The translations under genes and the position numbers were made by a program. A stretch of DNA of 64,000 nucleotides from Mangrovibacter plantisponsor (lineage in GTDB: Bacteria; Pseudomonadota; Gammaproteobacteria; Enterobacterales; Enterobacteriaceae): contig NZ_QGTS01000001.1 of assembly GCF_003182475.1 (NCBI RefSeq), forward strand, positions 167,980-231,979. The letters are read 5' to 3'. Shown in pieces: positions 63,400-64,000 of this stretch. Positions within the stretch are counted from its first letter, which is position 1; each line of letters begins with the position of its first letter. The notes beneath the pieces are model-generated. The model did not search any database and had not been told where the DNA came from. It saw only the letters and a program-made list of their open reading frames with translations.

Positions 63400-63685
63400 T
63401 GGCGGTGGGTTTCGCGGTATAACAGATACCTTTTTGATGGAACAAGGGATTACCCGCAAAGTGTCACTGCCGGTTCCCCATTTTCTTTTCCTTTGTGCGG
63501 TGTTGACCAATACCGATATGGTGGCAATGGTGCCCTGAAGGCTGGTGCGGGAAAACATTGCGCTTCAGGTAATTCCCTTGCCTTCTGAGGTGCCGGGCTT
63601 CGAGATGCTTATGCTTTGGCCTGAACGGGTTCACCGGGATCCTGCGCATAAATGGTTACGCGAGCATATTACCAACCAGATATAA
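63400..63685 (+). pseudogene. remnant of a LysR-family regulator gene (C-terminal ~90 codons only) with an in-frame TGA
   Basis: Frame reads ..VPHFLFLCAVLTNTDMVAMVP*RLVRENIALQVIPLPSEVPGFEMLMLWPERVHRDPAHKWLREHITNQI*, a typical LysR C-terminal end. TGA at about 63526-63528. The N-terminal ~220 codons are absent and the position is abutted by the NQO-like gene. Confidence 0.5.
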
Positions 63686-63840
63686 ATCCTGGACGGGCTT
63701 TCCCAACAGCAAGTAGTGAAAGGCCACAGCTGCGTTCTTTTCGCTTAGCGGGAAATAGCGCACTTTTCAACCAATACACCTATTGAGCCGGATACAAACC
63801 CGAGCCATACTCTGTACAAGAAGGATTTCCTCCGGAGGCG

Positions 63841-64000
63841 ATGATGGCGGTAGGTTGGGCAGGTGATGGTGCCGTTCAGGCACAAATTGACAGCACTGTT
63901 GATGATGCAGTTGCCAGAGCGCGCAGTTCACTCCCGTCAGGGGAAAGCCTGGAGTTTTGTGCAGAGTGTGGCGAACCTGTTCCAGAGGCCCGGCGCAAGG
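63841..64000 (+). CDS. DksA/TraR-family C4 zinc-finger protein (YbiI-like), 5' part; continues beyond the window
   Basis: MMAVGWAGDGAVQAQIDSTVDDAVARARSSLPSGESLEFCAECGEPVPEARRK closely parallels E. coli YbiI (MASGWANDDAVNEQINSTIEDAIARAR..GESLDECEECGAPIPQARR). GGAGG RBS. Confidence 0.7.
   Translation, partial: MMAVGWAGDGAVQAQIDSTVDDAVARARSSLPSGESLEFCAECGEPVPEARRK

Overview
64-kb chromosomal segment whose gene content looks Enterobacterales-like: the ProX, PreT/PreA, RtcR, GlyA and YbiI-like products align closely with the E. coli/Salmonella proteins as I recall them. About 88% of the window is coding, with genes on both strands. I found no rRNA, no bona fide tRNA, no CRISPR array and no IS, transposase or integrase genes. 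Order of content: (1) a putative sialic-acid-like sugar-acid catabolic operon (DapA-family lyase tail, SSS symporter, cytoplasmic BNR/Asp-box sialidase-like protein, YhcH-family protein, SDR); (2) an orphan proX; (3) a small EF-hand protein; (4) an operon encoding a secreted Pro/Gln-rich protein followed by a DevBCA/MacAB-like tripartite ABC efflux system (MFP, FtsX-type permease, ATPase, OMF), convergent with a two-component system; (5) a complete reductive pyrimidine/hydantoin catabolic supercluster (preT-preA-dihydropyrimidinase-carbamoylase) with a NitT/TauT-type ABC importer and a RutR-like TetR regulator plus a RutR-box-like operator; (6) a DapF paralog; (7) a chemoreceptor gene translationally coupled to an orphan solute-binding protein gene; (8) an alpha/beta hydrolase and a DUF817 membrane protein; (9) rtcR (sigma54 activator) divergent from a non-canonical unit consisting of a sigma54-type promoter, a ~310-nt leader containing a tRNA-like element, an SPFH/band-7 protein and a pol-beta nucleotidyltransferase, with no rtcB/rtcA/rsr, which is the most unusual locus in the window; (10) a Pseudomonas-type glycine betaine to pyruvate catabolic island (gbcAB, etfAB, dgcAB, dipeptidase, gbdR, sdaA-like, glyA, soxBDAG, purU) plus a BCCT transporter; (11) a cNMP/CBS/DUF294 nucleotidyltransferase with a DnaQ-like exonuclease; (12) a deletion scar joining a 5'-truncated NQO-like gene to a LysR remnant that carries an in-frame stop; (13) the start of a DksA/TraR-type zinc-finger gene. 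All coordinates are anchored to the supplied ORF track. Coordinates of non-ORF features (hairpins, promoters, repeats) were read by eye and may be off by a few bp, especially around homopolymer runs.
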